A stretch of 64,000 nt of DNA from Patescibacteria group bacterium (GTDB taxonomy: Bacteria > Patescibacteriota > Minisyncoccia > Minisyncoccales > GWA2-38-27): NCBI GenBank assembly GCA_020148045.1, contig JAHCRG010000006.1, forward strand, positions 137,909-201,908. Reading direction: 5' to 3'. Positions 36,491-46,057 of this stretch are shown piece after piece (position 1 is the stretch's first letter; every line of letters starts with the position of its first letter). The translations under genes and the position numbers were made by a program. A model generated the notes under the pieces. That model saw only the letters and a program-made list of their open reading frames with translations, ran no database searches and had not been told where the DNA came from.

Positions 36491-37645
36491 TTATTTCTTT
36501 TTTGGAATAAATAGAGTGTCTCCTTTTTTTAATATATAGGGCGGTTTGAGACGATTAATTCGGGCCAGTTTTTTCCAGGAAACACTATATTTTTTAGCAA
36601 TATCCATAATAGTCTGCTTTTTTTCTACAGTATGACTTTCCATAGTAAGCTTGACTTTAGCTAACCAGAGATGCCAGAGCAACCGGCCAAGGAAGAAAAG
36701 AATAATTAAGACAACTAAGAAAAATATTAATGGCCAGGGAATAATAAAGAAAGAAATATTTTTTTCAATGGTTTGATTATCACCATAATTGATAAGGAGG
36801 CTGGCTCGGACAAAATTAAAAGCCGGAGGATTTTCCCAGCGTCGAGGAAGGAGAGTGGATTTTACAGGAAAGGTAGTACCCAGGGCAATGTTTTCCAGGG
36901 TAGCTATATGACCGCCAAAAATATCACGTATCTCAATGGTAGCCAAAGGATTAAGGTGGACATTACCGGTGTTTTTTAAAGCAATGTTAAGCTGTCCATA
37001 TTTATGAAGTCCTAAAACATGTTTAATCTTTTCCCAGGTAGTATTTTTATCGGTAAGACGTTTATTATGAATAGTAAAATCAAAACCAGTTAGCTCAATT
37101 TTTTTAACAATTTCACCTGGTACCGTTTCATAGACTCGCACCCCTACCCGGGTGATAATGGTTAAAGCCCCTTCTCTGCCGCCTTTCTGCCTTTCTAAAT
37201 TCTCCACTATAATTCCACCCATATGATCACCCACCTCAGCGTCTTGAGGAATAGAGATAGTGAAATAGATAAGCTGCTCAGTATCATTTGGAATAACTAA
37301 TTTATAACTCTCCATTTCAATCCACCCGCCAATACCCAGACGTTCATCGCCTTCATTATTCAGGGCAAAAGCACCGTCTGGAGTGAGGCCAGCATCTACT
37401 GGATAAATTTTTATTTCTACATCTTCACCGGTACGATTTTTAATTCTTACTGCGTCCCGCTTACTTTCTTCTTTGTCAAGATTGTAAATAAACCAGATAT
37501 CAGAATATTTGACATCAAGGTCAGGAAAAGCTGGTAAAATACTTAAGCCTCCTATCCCGGCTGCCTTAACCTCCATGACCCCGCCTATTATGCCTATTAT
37601 GATTATTCCTATAATTATTAACTTTATTAAATTATTTTTTTTCAT
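36491..37645 (-). CDS. DUF916-type WxL-associated protein with TM helix and C-terminal LysM domain
   Basis: WFIYNL..DAVRIKN..IYPVDA, FTISIPQDAEVGDHMGGI, RVGVRVY, KNTGNV; LysM HTVEKKQTIMDIAKKY...LARINRL...GDTLFIP. Confidence 0.8.
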   Translation of the reverse strand: MKKNNLIKLIIIGIIIIGIIGGVMEVKAAGIGGLSILPAFPDLDVKYSDIWFIYNLDKEESKRDAVRIKNRTGEDVEIKIYPVDAGLTPDGAFALNNEGDERLGIGGWIEMESYKLVIPNDTEQLIYFTISIPQDAEVGDHMGGIIVENLERQKGGREGALTIITRVGVRVYETVPGEIVKKIELTGFDFTIHNKRLTDKNTTWEKIKHVLGLHKYGQLNIALKNTGNVHLNPLATIEIRDIFGGHIATLENIALGTTFPVKSTLLPRRWENPPAFNFVRASLLINYGDNQTIEKNISFFIIPWPLIFFLVVLIILFFLGRLLWHLWLAKVKLTMESHTVEKKQTIMDIAKKYSVSWKKLARINRLKPPYILKKGDTLFIPKKK

Positions 37646-37649
37646 AATT

Positions 37650-38387
37650 TTAATTCTTTTGGGCGAGACAGACAACTGAAGTGCCAAAGGGAAGATTGAT
37701 ATATTTAAGTAATTGAGCTTCTATTTTTAATGTAAAAATTAAAAGATTATTAAGAAATTTTGGTAAAATAACGTAAGAAGTTTGAGGAGTTAAATTACCT
37801 TTGGATAATATACCCTTTAATAAACGATAACCTAGAATTAAAGGAAAGGTAAAAGTAATAACATAACTTCGTTTCACTACCCGAAAACCGGCTTGATTGA
37901 GTTTTTGGTGGAGCTGAGAAGCAGTATAGCGGCGGAAATGATGAAGGGCTTCGTCATGCTCTGACCAAATAAACTGGTAGGCAGGAGCAGTAATTAAAAG
38001 TAGACCTTGGCTTTTCAATACTCGATGAAATTCCTTGAGAGTCTTTAAATCATCAGCAATATGTTCAATTACATCGAGGGCGGTAACTAAATCAAAAGAT
38101 TTATCACCAAAAGGAAGTTTTTCTGCTTTGGCTTGCCGGAGATTTTTAAAACCCCGTTTGCGAGTAAATTGTAGAGCTTTTTTTGAAGAATCAACTCCGA
38201 TAACCTTTCCAAATTTTCCCAAGGTGGCCAAATTGATACCGGTCCCACAGCCTACATCTATTATAACAAAAGGTTCTTCATTGGGCAAATAGTTTTTTAG
38301 CAGCCTATAAATAATTTTACCTCTACCTACATGCCACCAGTAGTAATTTTCGAATTGATATAATTTTTCGTATTCGTTTTTCTCCAT
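37650..38387 (-). CDS. Class I SAM-dependent methyltransferase
   Basis: IDVGCGTG, LPFGDKSFD, DVIEHI, HHFRRY. Confidence 0.9.
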   Translation of the reverse strand: MEKNEYEKLYQFENYYWWHVGRGKIIYRLLKNYLPNEEPFVIIDVGCGTGINLATLGKFGKVIGVDSSKKALQFTRKRGFKNLRQAKAEKLPFGDKSFDLVTALDVIEHIADDLKTLKEFHRVLKSQGLLLITAPAYQFIWSEHDEALHHFRRYTASQLHQKLNQAGFRVVKRSYVITFTFPLILGYRLLKGILSKGNLTPQTSYVILPKFLNNLLIFTLKIEAQLLKYINLPFGTSVVCLAQKN

Positions 38388-38389
38388 AA

Positions 38390-40003
38390 CTAAGGTTTTT
38401 TAATAATAATACTAATTTCATCTTGATAAACTATTTGCCAATCGGCATTTACTAAAATATACGAAACAACCCGTTGAGGATATGCTAATACCCAATCAAT
38501 GTCATATTTATCAATAAATTGAGCATAATTCATTTTACCACTTAAAAAATTATCATGATCTTCAAAGGGATTTCTGCCCGGTAATTGCCAGATTGCCATC
38601 CGACCATCAATAAACACCTTTTTCTCGGGCAATTGCCAGGTTAAATAGCCTCCCCAATTATATTCATTAAACATCTGACCGGGAAGTTCATCAAGATGCT
38701 GTTTGATATATTGAACCGCCCCGTAAGGGTAGTTTCCGGCTTGGGCAGCTTTCTCGGGAGAATTAATTAAAGGAAAAGTTTGGGTTACTCTCTGCCAACC
38801 AATCAATACAGTTACTAAAAGTAAAAGCGAAATTACTAATTTTGAACGTGACATTGAAGAAAGAGTTTCACCTACCAGATTTTTCATTGATGAAACCCAT
38901 AAAGGAAGGGTAATGACAATATAGACTGGCATATGGCGCCAAGAAGAAAAACCAAAATAAAGAGAGATTAAGGCAAAAGCTATTAAAGTAAAGCCCAGTT
39001 TTTTTATATTCAGCAGCACTAAAAATCCTAAAAAAATCACATAGATAATAAAGAAATAGCTCATGGCATTAGCTGAAGTAACATTCTGCCATTCACCAAT
39101 ATGTTCTTTTACATAAGCTCCGGATTGAGTTTGAGCAAAAGTATTATAAATCTCTTTATAAATTCCCACTCCATAAGGATTAACCAAGGTTGCCAGTATA
39201 CTTATTAAAAATATTAATGCCAGCTTTCCTAAAAGTTGTTTGCTTAATACTTCATTTTGGAACCACCTGATATTAAATAAGCGTTTTTTTAATTTTACCA
39301 ACCAAATTTTGATTAGGGTTTGGGAATAAGAAACAGAAGAAGATTGCCAAAAAGAAATCTTTTGGTAGAAAAACTTTGTTGTTTCTAAAAGAAGAAATAA
39401 AAATAATACCACCAGACCAATAGAAAAACCGCCATGTAAATTTACCCAGAAAAGAAAAATTAAAGGTAGCCAAAAGATTAATTTATTGGAGGGAGAACGA
39501 CGCCAGCGGAATAATAAAAAAATAATTAAAGCTAAACTAAAAAGAGTAATGACCTGAGGTCGAATTCCAATAATGGGAACACTGGCCAGGGAGCCAATTA
39601 GGGCAGCAGTGATCCGGTATTCCCAGCTGGTAAAAATAGCTGAGGCAGCTAATAAGAAAGCGGCGCTGGCTATGAGAGAAAAAATAATTACTAAGGGCCA
39701 AAAACCAAAATTATTATAAATCCAGAAAAAAATAATATCAGTAAACCACTCGTGGGCAATCCAGGGGTAGTCAGCCATACTATGGGAGAGCATATCTAAA
39801 CGGGGAATAGTACGATGTTCTAAAAAATATCTACCATTAGCTAAATGCCAGCCCAAATCAGGATCTAAAGGAGCTTTTAAATTAATAAAGAACATTGCAA
39901 TTAAAGCAAGAAATATAAAAATGAGCAATCTCTTTTGCGGATAAAATTTAAAATCCCTAATTCTTTTGATTAGGGATTTACTAAATTTACCAGATTGATT
40001 CAT
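38390..40003 (-). CDS. Multi-pass membrane protein, probable GT-C glycosyltransferase
   Basis: DPDLGWHLANGR, WIAHEW, RPQ, WVNLHGG, WGGYL, VFIDGR; many TM helices. Confidence 0.65.
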   Translation of the reverse strand: MNQSGKFSKSLIKRIRDFKFYPQKRLLIFIFLALIAMFFINLKAPLDPDLGWHLANGRYFLEHRTIPRLDMLSHSMADYPWIAHEWFTDIIFFWIYNNFGFWPLVIIFSLIASAAFLLAASAIFTSWEYRITAALIGSLASVPIIGIRPQVITLFSLALIIFLLFRWRRSPSNKLIFWLPLIFLFWVNLHGGFSIGLVVLFLFLLLETTKFFYQKISFWQSSSVSYSQTLIKIWLVKLKKRLFNIRWFQNEVLSKQLLGKLALIFLISILATLVNPYGVGIYKEIYNTFAQTQSGAYVKEHIGEWQNVTSANAMSYFFIIYVIFLGFLVLLNIKKLGFTLIAFALISLYFGFSSWRHMPVYIVITLPLWVSSMKNLVGETLSSMSRSKLVISLLLLVTVLIGWQRVTQTFPLINSPEKAAQAGNYPYGAVQYIKQHLDELPGQMFNEYNWGGYLTWQLPEKKVFIDGRMAIWQLPGRNPFEDHDNFLSGKMNYAQFIDKYDIDWVLAYPQRVVSYILVNADWQIVYQDEISIIIKKP

Positions 40004-40035
40004 ACAGCTCTTTTGATAATTCTTGTCCCTCTAAA

Positions 40036-40623
40036 TTACGAAACCGTTAAAGTTAGTACCGCAGTATAATCTCCAGCAGCATCCCCGGCTTCAATACTAA
40101 GATTCATCACGGTGTTATCTAATTGGAAAGCACCAGCCCCATTGCCAGCACTCGCTGTCATCATATTAACAGCATTAGTGGCATTAGACCCCAAAGCCTG
40201 GTTATCTGAACCAGCAGTAACCCCGGTGTTATCAGATGAATTTAAGTTAGTAACATCACCAGGACTCGTTTTTGCTCGAGCATAGGTATTTAAGATATTA
40301 GTACCTGCTTCCAGATTATTAGCAGTAGCAGTTAAGGACCAACCGCCAGAATTGCCCCGATAGTCAGTGACCTGGATATTGTTCATATTCTCCTGTTGGT
40401 TTGAAGCTTGACCAGCAGTAGCATCGGGCCAGTCGAAATCTGTATTTTCTGCAGCCGTATCTAAGGAGCCAGTGGTAATATTAACAGCCAAATTGGTAGT
40501 ATCTTGATTACTAGCAGTAGCAACATTGAGAGAAGTAAAGAGCATCCCAAAAAGTATGCTCAAAATTAAAAGAGAATAAATTCGTTCTTTAATAGTTTTT
40601 ATTTCGTTTTTTACCTGGGACAT
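40036..40623 (-). CDS. WxL-domain surface protein
   Basis: Signal peptide; QVTDYRGNSGGWSLTATA and C-terminal AGDYTAVLTLTVS match the WxL domain pattern. Confidence 0.78.
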   Translation of the reverse strand: MSQVKNEIKTIKERIYSLLILSILFGMLFTSLNVATASNQDTTNLAVNITTGSLDTAAENTDFDWPDATAGQASNQQENMNNIQVTDYRGNSGGWSLTATANNLEAGTNILNTYARAKTSPGDVTNLNSSDNTGVTAGSDNQALGSNATNAVNMMTASAGNGAGAFQLDNTVMNLSIEAGDAAGDYTAVLTLTVS

Positions 40624-40736
40624 ATTTGTATTTCTTAATTGTAGCATGATTGTAGATTATCCTGTCAAGAGAGGTTATCCACAAGCGATATTTTATTATA
40701 TTTTCTTTTCTTTTAATATTTCGTTATAATAATAAA

Positions 40737-41765
40737 ATGCTTAGTAATAGTCTTTTAAAAAAGACCTCCCTGCTGATTTTATTTATTATTTTTAGTTTAT
40801 TAATTAGTGAATATTACACTTTCGCCGCTGATACTCAACTTCATATTGAGATTACCGCAGTTTGCGGCGACGGCGAGAGGGAAGGAAACGAGGAATGTGA
40901 TGGAGATGATTTAGGAGGCCAAACCTGTCAGGGGCTTGGTTATGAAAGCGGGAATCTAAGCTGCTATCCAGCCGGCGGACCCGACGAATGCACCTTTAAT
41001 ACTTCTAATTGCACAACTACAGCGCCGCCTTCGGGCGGCGGAGGCGGTGTTGCGCGAGTTGCAACTAAAGTTATCTTCAAAGGAAAAGCTTATCCAAATT
41101 CCTCAATCACAATCTTAAAAGATGGCAAAATAACAACTACTGTTAAGGCAGATTCCAAAGCAGATTTTAGAGCAGAAATTACTAATATCACTGCTGGAAT
41201 TTATACTTTCGGTCTCTGGGCTAAGGATAAAGATGGTATAAAATCTATTACTTATACCTTAACTTTTCGTGTTTTCTCAAATACCACAACTACGGTTAGC
41301 GGAATTTATTTACCCCCGACTATTGATTTAGATAAAACTGCTCTTCAAAAAGGAGAAACTTTAAATATTTTTGGCCAGGCTGTGCCAGAAGTAGAAGTTG
41401 ATGTTCATATTCATTCATCAGAGATTATTGAACAAGTTCAAACTGATGAAATTGGCGCATGGCTTTTGGCATTTGATACTCAACCTTTGGAAGAAGGTTC
41501 TCATATTACAAAAGCTCGTTTTAACTTAAACGAGGAAGAAAGAAGCGGATTTAGCGGGCTTTTGACCTTTTATATAGGAGAAGAAGGTCTGCCTGAAGAA
41601 TTTTGTCCTCGTGCTGATTTAAACAAAGATGGAAGAACAAATTTAGTTGATTTTTCTATTTTACTTTATTGGTGGGGCAGGGCTAATGCTTGTGTTGACC
41701 AGAACAGGAACGGGATAGTGGACTTGCCAGATTTTTCAATTATGATGTATTACTGGAGCGGCTAA
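40737..41765 (+). CDS. Secreted protein with Cys-rich repeat, Ig-like domains and C-terminal dockerin-like domain
   Basis: CGDGEREGNEECDG; paired EF-hand-like repeats DLNKDGRTNLVDFSIL and DQNRNGIVDLPDFSIM. Confidence 0.78.
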   Translation: MLSNSLLKKTSLLILFIIFSLLISEYYTFAADTQLHIEITAVCGDGEREGNEECDGDDLGGQTCQGLGYESGNLSCYPAGGPDECTFNTSNCTTTAPPSGGGGGVARVATKVIFKGKAYPNSSITILKDGKITTTVKADSKADFRAEITNITAGIYTFGLWAKDKDGIKSITYTLTFRVFSNTTTTVSGIYLPPTIDLDKTALQKGETLNIFGQAVPEVEVDVHIHSSEIIEQVQTDEIGAWLLAFDTQPLEEGSHITKARFNLNEEERSGFSGLLTFYIGEEGLPEEFCPRADLNKDGRTNLVDFSILLYWWGRANACVDQNRNGIVDLPDFSIMMYYWSG

Positions 41766-41770
41766 ACTAT

Positions 41771-42679
41771 ATGACAAATCAAAAATCAAAAATTATTATT
41801 TTAATTATTGGTCTTCTTTTATTTCCTGTTATTGCTTTTGCAGCAACCTTGTATTTAGAACCATCCCAAGGAGAATATCAGCCAGAAGATACTTTTATAG
41901 TGAAGATAAAAATTGATATTGAAGAAGAATGTATTAATACTGTAAAGGTTGATTTAAAGTTTTCTCAGGAGATATTAGAAGCAGTTGATTTCAGTCAAGG
42001 TGATTCTATTTTAACTCTTTGGTTGGAAACTCCTCAGATTAATCAATCCGAGGGTTTAATTTCTTTTGTTGGCGGAGTACCGGCAGGTTATTGCGGGGAA
42101 ATACCTGGCGGCGTAGGAGAGAGTAATTTATTAGGAAGAATTATATTTAAAGTACAGGAAAGCGGGATAAAGCAAGCAGAAGTAAAGTTTTTACATACTT
42201 CACAAGTATTATTAAATGATGGGCTGGGGACTTTGGCTGAATTAAGTACCAAAGGAGTAGCATATACAATTTCGCAGGAGAGATTAGGACCTGCAAAAGA
42301 TGAATGGCAGCAAGAACTTGAAGAAGACAAAATTCCCCCAGAACCATTTGAAATAGAAATTCATCAGGATTCGGCCATTTTTGAGGGTAAATATTTTATT
42401 ATCTTTTCTACCACTGATAAACAAACTGGTCTTAGTCATTTTGAGTTTAAGGAGGGGGAAAGAGATTGGGAAAAAGCGGAAAGCCCTTATCTATTGGAAG
42501 ACCAAAGCTTAAAGAGTATAATAAAAGTGAAAGCAGTTGATAAAGCAGGAAATGAAAGGATTGCTGAATATATTCCAGAAATTCCAAAGAAACCATTTCC
42601 TTGGTGGATAATCCCCGTAGTTTTATTCGGTGTCTTGGTAGTAATTTGGATATGGAAAAAATACATAAAAAAACACTAA
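41771..42679 (+). CDS. Cohesin-domain membrane-anchored protein
   Basis: AATLYLEP..G...TFIVKIKID...INTVKVDLKF...S.LTLW...VLLNDGLG; C-terminal TM helix. Confidence 0.75.
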   Translation: MTNQKSKIIILIIGLLLFPVIAFAATLYLEPSQGEYQPEDTFIVKIKIDIEEECINTVKVDLKFSQEILEAVDFSQGDSILTLWLETPQINQSEGLISFVGGVPAGYCGEIPGGVGESNLLGRIIFKVQESGIKQAEVKFLHTSQVLLNDGLGTLAELSTKGVAYTISQERLGPAKDEWQQELEEDKIPPEPFEIEIHQDSAIFEGKYFIIFSTTDKQTGLSHFEFKEGERDWEKAESPYLLEDQSLKSIIKVKAVDKAGNERIAEYIPEIPKKPFPWWIIPVVLFGVLVVIWIWKKYIKKH

Positions 42680-44133
42680 TTTTAGCTTTGTGTATTTTTG
42701 CGCTCTTTTTTGCATGCTTTTGGGTAAATGAAGCCCAGGGGGCTTCGGTTTCTTTGTATTTATCTCCTTCCAGCGGCACTTATACTGTTGGCAGTACTTT
42801 TCCTGTTGCAGTTAAAGTAAGTAGCGGAGGACATGCAATTAACGCTGCCGAAGGAGTTTTAGTTTTCAATACAAAAGAGCTTGAAGTAGTTAGCGTTTCA
42901 AAATCAAGCTCAATTTTTACTCTCTGGACTAATGAACCGACTTTTTCTAATTCTACTGGAAATATAACTTTTGGCGGAGGCACGCCCGACAAATTTACCG
43001 GAACTTCAGGAACTATTATTACTATTACTTTTAAAGCTAAAGCTAATGCTTCAGCTAAGGTAACTTTTTCCTCAGGTTCAGTTTTAGCAGCTGATGGAAA
43101 GGGAACAAATGTATTAGATAATATGGTTTCTGGAACTTATGTTATTCAAAAAAAAGTAATTACTGAACCTCCAGAAGAATACACTCCTCCAGTTCCGGCC
43201 GGAGCTCCAGCTGCTCCTATTGTTTCTTCTCCTACTCATTCTGACCCGGATGAATGGTATTCTAATAATAACCCAGAATTTTCCTGGGAGCTCCCTCCAG
43301 ATGTTACCGGAGTAAGTTTAGCGCTTCATCCAGAACCTTTTGCTGATCCCGGACCGATTTCAGATGGTTTAATGGTATCAAAGAAATATGAAAACGTTGA
43401 AGGTGGAATCTGGTATTTCCATATTAAATTTAAGAATAAATATGGCTGGGGCAAGATTACTCATCGAAAAGTTTTAATTGCCTTAGAGGCACCGATTATT
43501 ACTGATTTTCCTCAGACAGTTCAAGTAGAAGATATTTTAGTTATTAAGGGAGCTTCTAAATACCCGGATGCCACAGTTACAGTTTTTGTTAAAAAAGAAG
43601 GAGAAGAACCAATTACTAGAGATATTAAGACAGATAGTGAAGGTAATTGGACTTTTATCTATGACAAAAGTTTAGAGAAAGGAACTTATCAGGTTTGGGC
43701 AAAAATAACTGACAGCCGAGGCGCAAAGAGCTACTCAACCGAAAAAATTACTATCGCAGTTACCTTGCCAGCTTTAATAAAGTTTGGTAAAATAACTATA
43801 GGTTATCTAACAGTTATGATTACTCTTATATCCTTAATTATATTATTAATATTAACAATCCTTTTGTTAATATTAATAACCTTTTATGCTTGGTATCGAA
43901 TTTCTCTTTGGCGGAAAAGAATTGGGAGAGAAACAGAGGAGGCGAAAAGAAGTGTTGAACAGGCCTTTAGTAATTTGCGTAAAGAAGTTCGAGAGCAGGT
44001 TGAATATTTTGATAAGAGACGAGGCTTATCAAAGGGAGAAAAAGAAATTCGCGATAAATTACAAAAAGCCTTAAGGGTTTCTGAAGAAGCTATTAGCAAA
44101 GAAATCAAAGATGTAGAAAAAGAATTGGAATGA
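42652..44133 (+). CDS. Cohesin plus Ig-like domain membrane protein with cytoplasmic coiled coil
   Basis: SLYLSPSSGTYTVGSTF...INAAEGVL...SIFTLW...VLAADGKGTNVL; TM helix near residue 410. Confidence 0.78.
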   Translation: MEKIHKKTLILALCIFALFFACFWVNEAQGASVSLYLSPSSGTYTVGSTFPVAVKVSSGGHAINAAEGVLVFNTKELEVVSVSKSSSIFTLWTNEPTFSNSTGNITFGGGTPDKFTGTSGTIITITFKAKANASAKVTFSSGSVLAADGKGTNVLDNMVSGTYVIQKKVITEPPEEYTPPVPAGAPAAPIVSSPTHSDPDEWYSNNNPEFSWELPPDVTGVSLALHPEPFADPGPISDGLMVSKKYENVEGGIWYFHIKFKNKYGWGKITHRKVLIALEAPIITDFPQTVQVEDILVIKGASKYPDATVTVFVKKEGEEPITRDIKTDSEGNWTFIYDKSLEKGTYQVWAKITDSRGAKSYSTEKITIAVTLPALIKFGKITIGYLTVMITLISLIILLILTILLLILITFYAWYRISLWRKRIGRETEEAKRSVEQAFSNLRKEVREQVEYFDKRRGLSKGEKEIRDKLQKALRVSEEAISKEIKDVEKELE

Positions 44134-44189
44134 ATGGTTAAAACTTTCACTTGAAGTAGTCAAAAGATGTTCTTTTGGCTACTTTGTTT

Positions 44190-44220
44190 GCCCCCACACC
44201 AATATTTTGGTAGTGGGGGT
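44190..44220. repeat. REP-like hairpin family member (others at 4053-4084, 5449-5480, 8667-8698)
   Basis: Reverse complement acccccactaccaaaatattggtgtgggggc closely matches acccccactaccaatttcattggtgtgagggt. Confidence 0.75.
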
Positions 44221-44314
44221 CGAATTTTTTCAAAATTTTTGTTATCATAGTAATACAGAAAACTGTTCTCTGTAAGCTGTTGCTTTTTAAAGGAAGGTTA
44301 GGTAGAATAAATTA

Positions 44315-46057
44315 ATGGTTAAGAAAAAGAGTATGGCCAAGAAAAAGAAAACTAAACCTCGTACCACTGTTCGAAAAAAGAGGTTGGACAAAAGAACTGG
44401 AAAAAAAGTGCTACGGGGTAAAAAAATAGAAAAGAAAAAGAAAACTTTAAAACCTACCAAAAAGAGGAAAGTTAAGGTTAAGGCTAAATTAAAAGTAAAG
44501 AAAAGGGTAAAAATAAGAAGAAAACCCAAGAGGACTAAGTCTGTAAAACGTCGAACTATTGTACGAAAAAAGGTGCGGGTTAAACCTCCTTTTTCTGACA
44601 TTACAATTCACAAAACCAAAATCAGGGTAATCGGGATTGGAGGAGGAGGTGGTTCAATTGTTTCAGAGATTGTTTCCAGGATAAAGAAGGCAGATTTTGT
44701 AATAGCTAATACTGATATTAGATCTCTTAGGGCAGTAAGACAAGTAAAGCGATTTCAGTTTGGTCAGAGTTTAACCAAAGGATTGGGTACTGGGATGAAT
44801 ACTGAGTTAGGGGAGCTGGCTGCCCTAGATGAGAAAGAGAAAATAAAAAAGCTTTTTGAGGGGCAAGATCTTTGTATTATAGTTGCCTGTTTGGGAGGAG
44901 GAACTGGCTCAGGGGCTACCCCTGTTTTCGCTAAGATTTCAAAGAATTTAGGTTGCCTTACTTATGGAATTTTTACTTTACCTTTTGAATTTGAGGGAGA
45001 GAAAAAAATGGAGATTGCCAAAGAATCTCTTGAGAAGATAAGGCCTAACCTTAATGCTTATTCAGTTATCCCTAATGAAAGAATTTTTCAAATAATTGAT
45101 AAAGATACGCCTTTAAAAGATGCTCTTTCCGCTATTAACGAAAGATTAGCTGAGAACTTAGAAGGATTAATTGGGATGATTTACTTGCCCGGTCTCATTA
45201 ACATTGATTTTGCTGATTTGAGAACGATTCTTGGTGGTCGCGGTCGTTTAAGTTATTTAAATACAATAGAAATTGAAGAGCCCGATAGGGAAGAGGTAGC
45301 TAAAAAAGTAATTTCCAGTCCCCTCTATCCTTACACTATCAAAGGAGCCAAGGGGATTTTATATAACATAGTAGGAGGAAAGACGCTTCAGCTTTCAGAA
45401 GTTTCTCAGCTGTCAAAGATAATTGCTGATTCCATAAATAAAAATGCAAAAATTATCTTCGGCATTAGTCAAGGTCAGAAATATCAAGGGAAAATCAAGA
45501 TAACCCTGTTAGCTACAGGTTGTGGGAAAAAGAGATTTTTGTTAAAACCCACTGAGAAGAAAACCAAATCCTTTACTTTTCGAAAGAAGCCAAAAAGGAA
45601 AAAGAAAACCCCAAAGACAAAAAAGCCAAAAATAGAAAAGAAAGAAAAGCCGAAATCAAAAACCAAGATAGTAAGGAAACCCAAATCCAAGCCAAAAGTA
45701 AAAATAAAAGAAAAAATTAAAATTAAAACTAAACGCAAAACTGTTAGTAAGAAAGCTTTATCCCGCACCTTTTCTCGATTAAAAAAGGTGAGGGGTTTAA
45801 TTAAAAAGAAACCCAGGAAAACTAAGCCCAAAAAAGAAAAAGTAATTCCCAAAACTAAAAGGCAACTCAAAAGGAAAGAGAAAAAAACTAAAGGGCCTGC
45901 CCGCCATTCGCCTAAGGCGAAGCCGATGGCAGGCGAGAAAGTTAGACGAAATGCTCTTCAATTAAAAAAGGTTATTGAAGAAGAAGAAAAAGAATTATTA
46001 GAAAGGGAAAAGATTTGGGAAACCCCGGCTATATTTAGAAGAAAAATAAATGATTAA
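44315..46057 (+). CDS. ftsZ: FtsZ-family GTPase with long Lys/Arg-rich N- and C-terminal extensions
   Basis: IRVIGIGGGGG, ANTD, LGGGTGSG, PFEFEG, IPNE, GLINIDFADL, C-terminal WETPAIFRR. Confidence 0.9.
   Translation: MVKKKSMAKKKKTKPRTTVRKKRLDKRTGKKVLRGKKIEKKKKTLKPTKKRKVKVKAKLKVKKRVKIRRKPKRTKSVKRRTIVRKKVRVKPPFSDITIHKTKIRVIGIGGGGGSIVSEIVSRIKKADFVIANTDIRSLRAVRQVKRFQFGQSLTKGLGTGMNTELGELAALDEKEKIKKLFEGQDLCIIVACLGGGTGSGATPVFAKISKNLGCLTYGIFTLPFEFEGEKKMEIAKESLEKIRPNLNAYSVIPNERIFQIIDKDTPLKDALSAINERLAENLEGLIGMIYLPGLINIDFADLRTILGGRGRLSYLNTIEIEEPDREEVAKKVISSPLYPYTIKGAKGILYNIVGGKTLQLSEVSQLSKIIADSINKNAKIIFGISQGQKYQGKIKITLLATGCGKKRFLLKPTEKKTKSFTFRKKPKRKKKTPKTKKPKIEKKEKPKSKTKIVRKPKSKPKVKIKEKIKIKTKRKTVSKKALSRTFSRLKKVRGLIKKKPRKTKPKKEKVIPKTKRQLKRKEKKTKGPARHSPKAKPMAGEKVRRNALQLKKVIEEEEKELLEREKIWETPAIFRRKIND

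Noticed and set aside
44287..45870. Hydrophobic antisense ORFs (44287-44601, 45484-45870) as membrane proteins
   Set aside because: Their Phe/Leu richness simply mirrors the Lys/Arg codons of the ftsZ arms.
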